In this document: positions 38,001 to 47,840 of the stretch, one piece after another
Numbering within the stretch: the stretch's first letter is position 1
Layout of the letters: every line of letters begins with the position of its first letter
Origin: Opitutaceae bacterium
Lineage (GTDB): Bacteria; Verrucomicrobiota; Verrucomicrobiia; Opitutales; Coraliomargaritaceae
NCBI GenBank assembly: GCA_051252375.1
Contig: JBPOFY010000003.1
Span: forward strand, 256,001 to 320,000
DNA: 64,000 nt
Direction: 5' to 3'
The notes under the pieces: model-generated
The model's input: only the letters and a program-made list of their open reading frames with translations
Database searches by the model: none
Told to the model about the DNA's origin: nothing
Position numbers and translations under genes: made by a program

Positions 38001-40988
38001 AAACCCGACGCCGGTCTCACCCGATACCGGTGCCCAGACCAGATAAAGATCATGAACCCCAGGCGTGTAGCCAGTGAGATTGATATCCTGCGAACCCCAA
38101 TTCTGTGCACCTTCGGTATCGATGATTGGCATGGTGCCAATCACTGTTCCGGTTTCGCTAACGAGGCGCACTTCAAGTTGGCCGACTTCTGCGTTGTAAG
38201 CTGCGATCCGAGCTCTGAAGATCGCCCCCGCTGGAAGCGGTATATTGTCGTAGCGCGCCCAATCCCCGGGGTGAGAATTGCTCAAGTTTAGACCACCAAA
38301 GTAGTCTCTCGTAGTCTCGGTACCAAACCCGCTCTGCGCATCGTAGTCTTCTGCCTCATACCATGACGTGTCCACAAAGTTGAGTGGCTCTACCGGAGAA
38401 AGTGGGCTTTCTCCGATGGAGTTGACCGCACTGATCGCATAGTAATAGTGCGTGCCGAAATTGACGTTGGTGTCGATGTAGCTGGTTCCAGTGAGTCCTG
38501 TTTGGTAAGGAGTCGTGAAGGGGCCAGCGGCTTGTGTGGAGCGATAGATATTGTAGCTGTCAGCCTCAAACGATTCCAGCCAGCGCAAGGGAATCTCATC
38601 GCAGCCTGGTGAAGCATAAATGGCAAAGGGCGCTTCAGGTATTTCTATCGCTTCGCCGCCGTTCCCACCAGTGATGCGCACATCAGTGAAGGTCGCAGTC
38701 GAGGTGCTGTTCGTTTGGTCGGAGCTAACCGCGAGTCCGAAATAGGCAGTTGATCCGACGGCGTAATCTGCACTCTCACCGCAACTCCAGCTAATGCCGT
38801 CGGGCGAGCTGTAGCAGTTCACACGGTCGCCGATCCGTTCGATCTTGAGCCAGTAAGGGATTTTTGGAGATGATTGACTTTGGTACGAGCGGGAGCCGCT
38901 ATTACCTTGGTGGCTATGTGCTACGTCACCACGTCGAAAGGAGTGTGTCTGTGGATCACTGCCGCTTGGGTGAGTGACGATAATCGCTTGCATGTCGGCT
39001 GTATCGGTTAGATCCGAGGAGAAGACCAATCCGGCGCGTGCATCCTCGGTGGATCCTCCAGACAGTCCGGTTAGTTTTGCAATAATCGTGGCATCTCCAG
39101 TCACAGACAGATAGGCAAAGCGGTAGTCAGGCACATCGCTATACCACATGCGAGTTCCTCTGCCTTGGACGGTCCACGTTTTGGAACCTGCATTGTAAGA
39201 TGTGCTGCCGTTTGTCGCATCCCCCATGTTGGTGCTGCTCAAACTCGTGACGGAAGCGACGCTGGGCGATGCAGGCAGGGGAGCCGGGGCGATCGCAGTG
39301 GAGCCATCTGACGCCATTAAGTGACAAAATGAACTCTCATTTTGTGGCGCATAGCCGAGGAATTGCTCGAGATAAGGCGCGCGCATACCTTTACGCACCA
39401 CGTAGGCAGTGTGGAGTAAAGTGATCATCTTGGATTCAAAGCCCCAATTGGTATATGGACCGTCGAATTGATGAAACTCGGAATATATATCGTAGACCGT
39501 GCCTGCTTGAATAAACGGAGTGTCCACGAGTAAGTTGAAACGCGCAAGGTACTCCCCAGCGGCCAATAGTCGGTTGTCATACTCCGAATAGACATCCACC
39601 CCTTGATTCCAGAATACTTCCGCACACCAAGCCATCAGCATCAATTGCCCCTGATCATGGGCATCGCGACCATTATCGCCGATCTGCCCATTGGGTAAGG
39701 TGTTGCCCAATGCCGCGGCCGCATCCGAGCGGAACGCTTTAAGGCACTGCTCAAACTTTACTTCATCGTCGAGAAAGACAGCGACGCCCAAGGCTGCCGC
39801 CAATTGAGACATGCCCTGATTCGCGGATCTCAGCGGATCGGGGACAGCTAGATGGTCGTGAGGTGAATTCCACCATACATTTTCAAAATACGTCTTAAGC
39901 GTATCGGTGTCAGCCTGAGTCCAACCCGGCCAGGTGCCACGCAAAATTTCCACTCCTTCGAAGACTTGGTGAGCACGGTAGCCCATTTCTAAATAGACTT
40001 CGCCTGCATCAAATAAGGTATGATTGTTCGCCCAGGTGATCAGGATATCGCGCGCCTTTTGTGCATAGGCTGCATTATCCGTAAAATACCACATACGGGC
40101 CAAGTTATGAACCGCCTCCATATCGTTTTCCCACGCAGGATCGCTTGGATCATTCGGTTGAGGGTTCCCTGGCTTTTTGTGAGAAACCGTCACATAGGGT
40201 CCCTGCATCACATAGCTAAGCGAAGCCGTAGAGCTGGCCGCCATGTCATCATAACCCGTTTTCCAGGGCTCGACTGTCAGTCTCGCTTTTATGTGATTAA
40301 GATCTGCTACAGTTAGACCGATTCCAGGGTGAACAAAGCCGCTCATCGATGGCGTTATATCTCGAACCTGAATGGCGTTGATGTTGGCGTTACCAGTGGT
40401 CGCTAAATAGCGGAAGGTGAAGGTCGCCTGACCAGTCCCATCGGCGACAAAGGTCCCAGTTACATAGGCACCGTCTCCTCCGCCATTGGCGACAGACCCT
40501 GTTGCGGAAGACGAAAATTCGTTGCCGGCCCCTGAATCCATTACCAAGGTGTTATTCCGTGTTCCTCGAACATCTGAAGAAAAGACCTGAACCTTATAAG
40601 TCCGCCCGTCTGTCAGATTATCCAACGTGATCGTTGTTAATGCATCAGAAAAGCCCCATGCCGCAGAATCTATCAGTGAACCGAAATCCCCAGTGAGATT
40701 ACTGAAATTTGCGCTAGCTCCATTATCTGGAGGCGATACGAGCACGTTTCCCTCACCCGCCAAATCGGCAACAGCGCCGCCTGCAGTGCCTATGAACTGA
40801 ACTGTGTTTACCGTAAGAGTAGGGGTGTCACCCAAATTGTATGCATACGCAAGGGTTCCATCTGTATCGACGACGCTCTCGCCAGTGGTGAGCGCTCCAG
40901 TGGATTGCCAATTTATACTGACCGCAGCTATACTTGATGTGAGGGATAGGCAGAGTGTGCTAATCAGGGTGAAAACGTATTTTTTCAT
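35091..40988 (-). CDS. Giant secreted multimodular protein: ~190-aa N domain, alginate-lyase-fold domain, beta-sandwich, FN3, CBM6-like, pentapeptide-like stretch, LamG, 6x 71-aa repeats, C-terminal domain
   Basis: Signal peptide from MKKYVF (40988); FVHPG...AYAQKARDIL...WNQGVDVY...NRLLAAGEY; YEAEDY...FNLNWF; LAHWTFDEG...IDDVRLY. Confidence 0.8.
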   Translation of the reverse strand: MKKYVFTLISTLCLSLTSSIAAVSINWQSTGALTTGESVVDTDGTLAYAYNLGDTPTLTVNTVQFIGTAGGAVADLAGEGNVLVSPPDNGASANFSNLTGDFGSLIDSAAWGFSDALTTITLDNLTDGRTYKVQVFSSDVRGTRNNTLVMDSGAGNEFSSSATGSVANGGGDGAYVTGTFVADGTGQATFTFRYLATTGNANINAIQVRDITPSMSGFVHPGIGLTVADLNHIKARLTVEPWKTGYDDMAASSTASLSYVMQGPYVTVSHKKPGNPQPNDPSDPAWENDMEAVHNLARMWYFTDNAAYAQKARDILITWANNHTLFDAGEVYLEMGYRAHQVFEGVEILRGTWPGWTQADTDTLKTYFENVWWNSPHDHLAVPDPLRSANQGMSQLAAALGVAVFLDDEVKFEQCLKAFRSDAAAALGNTLPNGQIGDNGRDAHDQGQLMLMAWCAEVFWNQGVDVYSEYDNRLLAAGEYLARFNLLVDTPFIQAGTVYDIYSEFHQFDGPYTNWGFESKMITLLHTAYVVRKGMRAPYLEQFLGYAPQNESSFCHLMASDGSTAIAPAPLPASPSVASVTSLSSTNMGDATNGSTSYNAGSKTWTVQGRGTRMWYSDVPDYRFAYLSVTGDATIIAKLTGLSGGSTEDARAGLVFSSDLTDTADMQAIIVTHPSGSDPQTHSFRRGDVAHSHQGNSGSRSYQSQSSPKIPYWLKIERIGDRVNCYSSPDGISWSCGESADYAVGSTAYFGLAVSSDQTNSTSTATFTDVRITGGNGGEAIEIPEAPFAIYASPGCDEIPLRWLESFEADSYNIYRSTQAAGPFTTPYQTGLTGTSYIDTNVNFGTHYYYAISAVNSIGESPLSPVEPLNFVDTSWYEAEDYDAQSGFGTETTRDYFGGLNLSNSHPGDWARYDNIPLPAGAIFRARIAAYNAEVGQLEVRLVSETGTVIGTMPIIDTEGAQNWGSQDINLTGYTPGVHDLYLVWAPVSGETGVGFNLNWFDIIDPAVTSFDLGMDQPLTFNPATHELTNHCMITAWDADSTYLQLLDGSDFSNFDFAQLGITSWTTTDFDNAGVVTTWDGANLSGITLHSDGNFGAGDSFTGADFSNLVWGTATSTADPAKFFSGGSGATSAATADDAIDFSGADLSLITGTARTTMINNLGGFDGGTPIGAKIDPDFIANSGWDTATLVAAGWQYDSSLLAHWTFDEGTGSSTTADITGNGHDGSLSNTSWVSGYQNHGLGFNGSSSQVTNIGSAFSSINDQITISLWSYGDSSQPIDNSIIYAVNSSGGRILSVHLPFGNGQIYWDAGDSGYDRINKAASAADYKDSWAHWVFTKNANTGDMNIYRNGTLWHSGTGKTKTMTGITAATIGSQISGAYYTGNIDDVRLYDVELDATEVANLYASYPPTPTYTLTYTAGSNGSITGTSPQTVSNGNDGTAVTAVPDTNYHFVNWSDASTANPRTDLNVTGNVSVTANFAIDTHTVTYTADANGSIFGTSPQTIDHGSDGNNVFPVPHSNYHFVDWSDGSTANPRADLNVTDDISVTANFAIDTYTLTYTAGANGSITGTSPQTVDHGTSGSAVTAVPATNHHFVNWSDGSTDNPRTDLSVTADITVTANFTIDTYTLTYTEGANGSITGTTPQTIDHSADGTAVTAVADANYSFVDWSDGSTDNPRTDLSVTADVTVTANFTIDTYTLTYTAGANGSITGTTPQTIDHGADGTAVTAVADANYSFVDWSDGSTDNPRTDLSVTADVTVTANFTIDTYTLTYTAGANGSITGTTPQTIDHGADGTAVTAVPDTNYGFVDWSDGSTDNPRTDLSVTDDVTVSANFELTQTELDNWRFTHFGTYNNTGTAADDFDADFDGVLNLIEYATGTNPIIPSASPFVIRPAISGSSLEVSFNRILDPSLDYTVEGTDNLSSPTWNPIWTGSGTSAGEVIVPESSWSNDPNYFLRLSVSESEE
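35483..36758 (-). repeat. Six intragenic 213-bp tandem repeats (71 aa, InlB B-repeat/Flg_new-like stalk)
   Basis: Unit TYTLTYTAGANGSITG...FVDWSDGSTDNPRTDLSVT..VTANF; period measured between 35683 and 35896. Confidence 0.92.
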
Positions 40989-41182
40989 AGAGAGGCTTTT
41001 CAATTTCAGGGAGACCCAAAAGTGCACATGCTTAGATTCGTCAGCTTAGGCGTAGTAACGAACTCAGCGATAGGTAGGGGGGTGGTAGGGGTAAAAAAGT
41101 TGCCTAGGTTAAGGTTAAATGAATAAGCAATGTAGGGTATAATACTTATGTTGAGCAGTTTGTGAAAGCAAGCTAATCTCAA

Positions 41183-41196
41183 TTCAACCGCATGAC
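41183..41196. promoter_or_regulatory. Palindromic operator, copy 6 (TTCAACCGCATGAC)
   Basis: About 195 bp upstream of the giant lyase-like gene; 19/20 identical to 9066-9085 including flanks. Confidence 0.7.
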
Positions 41197-41325
41197 CTAC
41201 TGGGTTTTTTACGCCAAAATAACAAGGGCCGCGCTTCCGAGCTAGCCGTTGGTGAGGTTAACTATAATCTTTTAATAGATTATTATGCGGCACTTGCTAG
41301 CGCAGTAGAACCGGGAGAGGGTACT

Positions 41326-42723
41326 TTATTGATTTTGAAATTCTATGCAAATAACTGATGCGGTTGGATCCGTAGCTGGTTGAGCTAGGTCGATTGCGAC
41401 GCCTTCTTCGTTTTGCTTAAATGAAATTTCAGATTTCTCTGTATCAGCGAGGTAGTAAATCTTTGCGATCTTTTGATCAACGGTGGGTATCTGTAGTTGT
41501 TCAGACCATTTAAAGATATGGATGTAAAGCTTGCCGGGTTTGGTTGTGGCCCGCCATTGCCATTTCGCGATGAACTCGGGTTTACCTTTGGAATCTTTCT
41601 CGGTCTTGCTGTAGTAGCCGACCTCGGGGCCGAAGGGAGTGGGGCCGCAACCGTAAATAGCTTCGCCGTTTACTTCTAGCCAATCACCAATGGTTCCAAG
41701 GCGGTCGATGTTGGGTTGTGGGATAATGCCTTCGCCGGTGGGACCGACATTGAGTAGATAGTTGCCACCTTTGCTGACGATATCGATCAGGTTGCGGACG
41801 AGTGTCTCCGGTTCGCGGTAACCGGCCGTCTTGTTGTAGCCCCAGTATTTGCTGGTGATCGTCATGCAGGTTTCCCATGGCTTGATGTCTTTTCCGGATG
41901 GGATCTTCTGTTCGGGGGTGCCGTAGTCGCCGAGGCCATGGCCGATGCGACTGTTGATAATACAGTCGGGTTGGAGCTCCCGTATCATGTCGCGCAAATC
42001 AAGGCTCTGCTCTTTGGTAATCACGCCGTAGGTGTCGAACCACATGATGCCTATTGGACCATATTGTGTGAGTAGCTCGCGGACTTGTGGCTTTACTTTG
42101 CGCTCATAGTATTTGGAGAAGTCCTTGATGCTTTCGTCGGGGTAGTCGATCAGGTTGCTGCGGAAACCGACCGGTGCATCGCCAAATCCACCGGTGGGCA
42201 CATCAGGGTCTTCCCAGTCGCGACCGAGGGAGTAGTAGACACAAAACTTGAGCCCGTGTTTGGCGCAGGCGTCGGCCAGTTCTTTGATTGGGTCGCGGCC
42301 AAAGGCGCTGGCTTCGACGATGTCGTAGGGGCTCGAAGGGGAGTCAAACATCGCAAAGCCATCGTGATGCTTGGTGGTGATCACGATGTATTTCATGCCC
42401 GCGTCTTTGGCGATGCGCACCCATTCGTCCGCATCGAACTCGACCGGATTGAAGCCAGCTGCGAATTCCTTGTATTCAGCTAGCGGGATCTTGGCCGTGA
42501 ACTGTAACCATTCGCCATGGTCGGTCGTGCCATTCCACTCGCCACCTGCCTTGGAGTAAGCGCCCCAGTGAATGAACATGCCAAACTTGGCATCCTGCCA
42601 CCATTCGAGTCGTGAAGAAAATGCATCTGAATCGATAGGAGTGGTGTCCGCTTGGCTGCTTAGACCACTTAATAGTAGCCCGACAATACAAAGGGGGAGG
42701 GTTGAAATAGTTTGTATCTTCAT
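41326..42723 (-). CDS. GH29 alpha-L-fucosidase family
   Basis: KFGMFIHWG, TTKHHDGF, MWFD, WETCMT, GGNYLLNVGP; signal peptide. Confidence 0.95.
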   Translation of the reverse strand: MKIQTISTLPLCIVGLLLSGLSSQADTTPIDSDAFSSRLEWWQDAKFGMFIHWGAYSKAGGEWNGTTDHGEWLQFTAKIPLAEYKEFAAGFNPVEFDADEWVRIAKDAGMKYIVITTKHHDGFAMFDSPSSPYDIVEASAFGRDPIKELADACAKHGLKFCVYYSLGRDWEDPDVPTGGFGDAPVGFRSNLIDYPDESIKDFSKYYERKVKPQVRELLTQYGPIGIMWFDTYGVITKEQSLDLRDMIRELQPDCIINSRIGHGLGDYGTPEQKIPSGKDIKPWETCMTITSKYWGYNKTAGYREPETLVRNLIDIVSKGGNYLLNVGPTGEGIIPQPNIDRLGTIGDWLEVNGEAIYGCGPTPFGPEVGYYSKTEKDSKGKPEFIAKWQWRATTKPGKLYIHIFKWSEQLQIPTVDQKIAKIYYLADTEKSEISFKQNEEGVAIDLAQPATDPTASVICIEFQNQ

Positions 42724-42785
42724 AGTGTGAATTTTTTGCAGAATTTGTTTTCAGTATTCTTAGAGCAGGTGTTCTCTGACATGTG

Positions 42786-45700
42786 TCACCAAAGGAGCTC
42801 TACGTCTTCGGGCCACTGCTTTACATCGGTGTATGCTTGATTGCCCGCTTCAAAGGTCGAACCCTCAAAGACGACGTCGCATTTCAAGAGGCCCATATCG
42901 ATCTTCTCATTGTCGAAGACGCTGTTGATGACGAAAGATTGGCCGCCCACCACGCGCCACATTGCACCCCAAGTGTTATCCACGACTTCGCAACGATTTA
43001 GGATGACGTTTTGCGGCACCCATTTGGGGTCTTCGGTGTATTCGAATTTGTTATAATACTCCTCGCAGGGGAACCACATCGCGACCTTATCAAATCCGGA
43101 TAAGTGATGTTTATGAAAGAAGAGATAACCACCTTGGTCGTTGTCGGCTTGGATACCGTTTTCTTTGCCGACTTTCATGACACAACGCTGGGTTAGCAGA
43201 TGTCGGGTGGAGGTGTATTTGTTGGCTTTGCCTTCTTTAGGATACGACATATCGCAATCCGACTGGAGCACATGCCCCACAAACAAAAAGTAAACATTGT
43301 GATGCAGCCCGCCTTTGGTGCCGTTGTATTGAAAGACGCTATTGTCCATAATGATATGGTTCACGCGACTAATGCCGATGCCATGTGAACCGACATTTTT
43401 GATGGTCACGTTTTGCCACATGAATCGTTCATGGCGATCATCGTTGTCACCTCTGAGGTTCAGGCCGCTGCCTGTGTTGCCGCCACCTAGTAGAGTGAGG
43501 TCCTTGAAAATCACGTCGGTCAATTTCGGGGCTCCTTGGTCCATGAAGTTTCCTTTGCCGGTATGTGTGACAATTGTTTTGTCCCGACCTGCGCCCGATA
43601 GCGTCACCTTGCTTTGCAGTTTTAAGTCGTCCGTTTCATAGCGGCCTTCCGTCAGGTAAACGACGCCCCCTCCAGCCGCATTGGCTGCGTTGATGGCATC
43701 CTGAATATTGTCGCCGGGTTTTAAGGTGATGATATTGTCCAAGTATTGTTTTGGATGCTCGGCATGTATAAATGCATCGCCCCATTTATCTGCGATGATG
43801 GAGAGCGCCTCTGCTTCAATCGTCACCTTGGAGATTTTATATGCGGCTAGTGGGTCACCGTTGGAAATTAACTGAATGTTTAAGGCGTCGCGTGTGGTGT
43901 CTGTCGTGTCGATGCTGACGGTTTGGGATTCGTATCCGAGCTTGGCGAAACTGAGTTCGATTGTTCCGGTATCGGGTGCAGGATTGGGCCAGATGTAATG
44001 ACCGTCGGATTTCGTTTTCACCGCCTCTCCGTTGTGGCTGATCTCTACGCCATCAAGCGGCGATCCGCTTGTGTCAGCGATGCGACCAGCGATTCCACCC
44101 AGTGCGATATACTCTTTCAAAACCGCGTCATCGTTAACGTGCCAATTCTTGAAGTTTTTGCTGCGCATCATATCGGCGCCATAGAACATGCTGTCCATGA
44201 TCGTAACATACTTTCTCCAATGTCCGACAGCTTTGCCCATGGCTGTTTTAGCCTGGTTCTTATTGTCGGCGGCAAGTGCTGTGGCACCACGGATTTTTTC
44301 GGCGTAATAAAGACTGAGCCACGCCTGAGCAGTGATGCTTTTCAGGTGCACGGCTAGTTCAGCATTATCTCCAGCGGAAAGGGAGGAGAGACGCTTCAGT
44401 GCGGCTGTTGCAGAGGTCTCGATCTCGTCGGCCACTTCATGAGTGGTGCGCCCCTCAGTGCGTTTACCCGCGGCGGTGTCTGCAATACTGATAATGTCCG
44501 AGCCACCCGGAGGCTTTGCTTTGATAAATGCTTCGATAGTCACGAATCGTTTATTGCCCTGACACAGTTCGGGCCACCAATGAAAATCAAAACAGAGTGT
44601 GCCTTGAATTACCTCGGTCGCGAGCGGAACGCCGCGAGAGGCATACGACCATGCTTCAAATAGTTTCGCTGCCGATACGTCAGGGTAGCGAACGGCCATT
44701 TCATCGATGAAAGCCGAATCAGGTGTTTCTGGATTATAAGCCAAGCGTCCCCATAGCTTCTGACTATACCAGAGACGTTTGATATCCAGCTCTCCCTGAA
44801 AGACAGGGTCTTTACTGACAAAGTCGCGCGTCGCAGACATCCCGTCCGAACCATAGAAAAAGCCCTGGATGTAGCGGTCCTTATCCGGAAATCCCTGAAT
44901 GTGTGCGCGAGCGAATTGCGGATCGCCCCAGTGTAGATAGTAAAAATCGTCCTGCCTTACTTCCAACCAAGTCTTCTTATCGTTTTCCGCCAAATCCTTC
45001 GGCACGTCGCCGTGCATGGTGTAGATCAGAGTTGGTTGGGGTGTGGAATACATGTGTGCCGCAGAATACTTATACGACATATCCAGCCGGACATTCGGCA
45101 GGGCTAAGAGCGGCTTAAAATTGTTAATGACCTGCTCGATCGTAGCGTAATGCCAGCGGTGAATGAAGGTAAGGTCACGCTCAGGGTGCTCCTTTGCATA
45201 GTCCAGCATCCCTTGTCCGTAGGTTTCCCACATCCATTTGCCTTCTTCATCGTCGGAGAGCTTTTCAAAATTCTCGCCAGCCGTGACCCCAATCCCGTCT
45301 AAGTCGGGGTAGGTTTCAAACATCATGCGCACCGCTTTACGGAAATAGGCTTTGGTTGCCTCATTCTTGGGATCATTGTTAATACCGTTCTGCTGGGCCG
45401 CGCCGTAAGTATAGATGTTCCAAGTGATGAAGTAGATCTTGAAGCCGCGTCCTTTTCCGTAAGCCATCACTTGCTTCCAGAACTCGACCTTTTCCGCGGC
45501 ACTCATCTTTTTAGAATAGCCGTTGAAGCCATGCACGTCCTGCACCGACTCTTCCATGTCGAGCAGTCCCGGGAAAGGATGACAGTTCCAAATCGAAATC
45601 ACATTAAACCGATTGCGTGCCATCTCATCGAACCAGTCCTCCCAATACGACATGTCCCAAACGTGCGGAATCGCTTCCTTCGCGCCATCGCCGTTAAAAA

Positions 45701-46262
45701 CTTCGGTATGCGGTTTAAAACGATGTCCGTAATAGGTCGGTAGTCGCGCGTCCAAAGGCAGGTTATATTTAACGCCGCGGTTTTTGATGTGGGGCGATTC
45801 TTGTGAGTGATATTTTTCTTCTAGGCCCTTCGAACGGATATTTTCTGCGAGTTGTAAACCGCCATACATCAAGCCATTGGCATCGCCGCCGGTTACCCAG
45901 TAGGTGAGGGCGGGTTCTGTGGTTGTTCGCAAGGCATAGGCCTGTTCGCCCAAATGCGACGGAATATCGCTGCCTTGAGCAATCAACGTCTCTGTGAGGG
46001 CGCGGTCTTCGGCCAGCGCCAGTATGATTCTTGGATTCGTAGACTCCGACTTTAATGAAGCTAAGGGCTTCAACTCTACGGAATGATCGTTGGCCTCCAG
46101 CGCTTGTTGAACCTCGCTCGCCGCAAACGCGGACTGCGGCAGTGACTTTTTATAATAAAGATCCACAATTGCAGCATGGGTATTTATTGAGCCCAAACAT
46201 GTGAGCAGCAAAACACTGAGTAGCCTGACTATAAATTGATTCATTAAGTTGCTGTCATTCAT
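42786..46262 (-). CDS. Secreted fusion: GH67/GH115-architecture-like putative hydrolase + carboxypeptidase-regulatory-like linker + beta-helix domain (family Y)
   Basis: GGDANGLMYG and RGVKYNLPLD; GIGVTAGEN; the C-terminal ~340 aa are homologous to 47841..48992. Confidence 0.65.
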   Translation of the reverse strand: MNDSNLMNQFIVRLLSVLLLTCLGSINTHAAIVDLYYKKSLPQSAFAASEVQQALEANDHSVELKPLASLKSESTNPRIILALAEDRALTETLIAQGSDIPSHLGEQAYALRTTTEPALTYWVTGGDANGLMYGGLQLAENIRSKGLEEKYHSQESPHIKNRGVKYNLPLDARLPTYYGHRFKPHTEVFNGDGAKEAIPHVWDMSYWEDWFDEMARNRFNVISIWNCHPFPGLLDMEESVQDVHGFNGYSKKMSAAEKVEFWKQVMAYGKGRGFKIYFITWNIYTYGAAQQNGINNDPKNEATKAYFRKAVRMMFETYPDLDGIGVTAGENFEKLSDDEEGKWMWETYGQGMLDYAKEHPERDLTFIHRWHYATIEQVINNFKPLLALPNVRLDMSYKYSAAHMYSTPQPTLIYTMHGDVPKDLAENDKKTWLEVRQDDFYYLHWGDPQFARAHIQGFPDKDRYIQGFFYGSDGMSATRDFVSKDPVFQGELDIKRLWYSQKLWGRLAYNPETPDSAFIDEMAVRYPDVSAAKLFEAWSYASRGVPLATEVIQGTLCFDFHWWPELCQGNKRFVTIEAFIKAKPPGGSDIISIADTAAGKRTEGRTTHEVADEIETSATAALKRLSSLSAGDNAELAVHLKSITAQAWLSLYYAEKIRGATALAADNKNQAKTAMGKAVGHWRKYVTIMDSMFYGADMMRSKNFKNWHVNDDAVLKEYIALGGIAGRIADTSGSPLDGVEISHNGEAVKTKSDGHYIWPNPAPDTGTIELSFAKLGYESQTVSIDTTDTTRDALNIQLISNGDPLAAYKISKVTIEAEALSIIADKWGDAFIHAEHPKQYLDNIITLKPGDNIQDAINAANAAGGGVVYLTEGRYETDDLKLQSKVTLSGAGRDKTIVTHTGKGNFMDQGAPKLTDVIFKDLTLLGGGNTGSGLNLRGDNDDRHERFMWQNVTIKNVGSHGIGISRVNHIIMDNSVFQYNGTKGGLHHNVYFLFVGHVLQSDCDMSYPKEGKANKYTSTRHLLTQRCVMKVGKENGIQADNDQGGYLFFHKHHLSGFDKVAMWFPCEEYYNKFEYTEDPKWVPQNVILNRCEVVDNTWGAMWRVVGGQSFVINSVFDNEKIDMGLLKCDVVFEGSTFEAGNQAYTDVKQWPEDVELLW

Positions 46263-46286
46263 CGTTCATGATCTCCACTAGTCAGT

Positions 46287-47762
46287 TTAGCGTGTTGATT
46301 GCGTCGGAAGCTCCTGTATCGAAAGCGTCGCGTTATTCGTTCCGTAATCGGTGATTGGGCCAAAGCTGGTGATGTTGTTCGCTTCAGATAGCTCACCCAG
46401 TATGACGGGGTATTCCGTTTCATTGATTAGCGTATTGTGCTTCGCTTCGTAGTGAACCTTGTTCTTTTCGTAGTTCGCTTCATAGCCCTCAGGCACACCG
46501 GGGAAATCGGTGGTTAATAATTCAAACCGCGAATAGTATCCAACGACAATAGGGCGTAGTGTCGTATCAATAGGGCCTTCCGCTTGAGTCAGTTTAAAGA
46601 TGTTATTGGTCCCTCGGATCGCAGCCATCACGTGATTGCCCACCGCATGAGGTGAGGGGAGTAGTTCGATCTCGATGTAACTACGATGTGCTGCCTCAAC
46701 TTTATAGAAACCATCGGCTGGATGAATGTAAATCAATGGTCCATACGCGGCGTTGCCTTTGCAGTTGATGACTTCGCCGTGGCTTGGCATGGAATAGCCT
46801 TCTACGATGCAGTCGAGGACTGTGCAATTGCGAGCGATCGCTTTGCCGCTGGTCATGTAGAGTTTAATCCCCGCACGACATTTCTTTATGATGCAGTTTT
46901 CGACTGTGACATCACCTTTCCCAGGATAGGCGCGAATGCCGTCTTCGGTGAGATTCAACATCTTGTCTTTTGGGATGGGAAGGCCCTCTAACACATCGAA
47001 GAACACTTTATAATCGAAGCGCTTTGGCATGTCGCCGTCGTTCGTTTCAGAATACAAGTCGTTGCTCGGCCGGACGTCGCCTTCGATCAGGCAGTCTTTG
47101 ATCAGCACGTTATCAAAGTCTTTTCCCATATAGATCACATGCCCAAATGCTCGGTGCTGAAATTCGCTGCCTTCAATGGTCACGTTCTTACCGTGAATCA
47201 ATAGACTGCAGCGTTTGTCCAGTCCCGCTGCATTCTTGCCACCGATTCCGTAGATGTTCCCATAGCCATAGGGAAAGGAGCCGCGAGCGGTCAGTTTGAT
47301 GCCTTCGACTCGATTGTGATTGCCGGGCACGGTAATCAGAGCGCCGCCTTTTTGGCCCTTCGCTAGGTTCTTTCGGTCCTGATTATAGCTGCCGAAATCC
47401 GTGACTTCGGTCATGCCGTTCTTATAAACATCTTCGTATTCGCCGCCTTTCAGAGTGATGTGATTGCCGGTCAACATGAAGTAGGCGCCATTCACTTCTC
47501 CGACTGGAAATTGAATATAAACTCCCGTCATCTCGATGAGGTTGTGATCGCCCGAGCAAGGGAAGTTTCTGGATTTACGGGGAAGCTCGGTAATCGTGTA
47601 ATTCCCCGGCTTCATGATGATGTGCTGATCACTGTTTTGCACCGCTTCCCGTAATTCGGCCAGTGTGGATGCGTTGACAGTGGTTTTGGCTGATGCCGTC
47701 ATGCAAGTGAATCCGAGCAATAGTAGCATTGCCAACAGTTTGAATAGTTTATCTGAAATCAT
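46287..47762 (-). CDS. Secreted right-handed beta-helix protein (family X)
   Basis: Signal peptide; MKPGNY, GSFPYGYGNIYGIG, FGHVIYM, TEDGIRAY. Confidence 0.8.
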   Translation of the reverse strand: MISDKLFKLLAMLLLLGFTCMTASAKTTVNASTLAELREAVQNSDQHIIMKPGNYTITELPRKSRNFPCSGDHNLIEMTGVYIQFPVGEVNGAYFMLTGNHITLKGGEYEDVYKNGMTEVTDFGSYNQDRKNLAKGQKGGALITVPGNHNRVEGIKLTARGSFPYGYGNIYGIGGKNAAGLDKRCSLLIHGKNVTIEGSEFQHRAFGHVIYMGKDFDNVLIKDCLIEGDVRPSNDLYSETNDGDMPKRFDYKVFFDVLEGLPIPKDKMLNLTEDGIRAYPGKGDVTVENCIIKKCRAGIKLYMTSGKAIARNCTVLDCIVEGYSMPSHGEVINCKGNAAYGPLIYIHPADGFYKVEAAHRSYIEIELLPSPHAVGNHVMAAIRGTNNIFKLTQAEGPIDTTLRPIVVGYYSRFELLTTDFPGVPEGYEANYEKNKVHYEAKHNTLINETEYPVILGELSEANNITSFGPITDYGTNNATLSIQELPTQSTR

Positions 47763-47779
47763 AATCGTTCTTTTTTAAA

Positions 47780-47837
47780 GTAGTGGGAGCATCTTGCTCC
47801 CGAAATCAATGGCTCTGGAGCTGGAAGCTCCGGCTAC
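47780..47837. repeat. GTAG-type REP doublet, family D, inside an operon
   Basis: GTAGTGGGAGC-ATCTT-GCTCCCG and, on the reverse strand, GTAGCCGGAGC-TTCCA-GCTCCA. Confidence 0.7.
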
Positions 47838-47840
47838 ATT

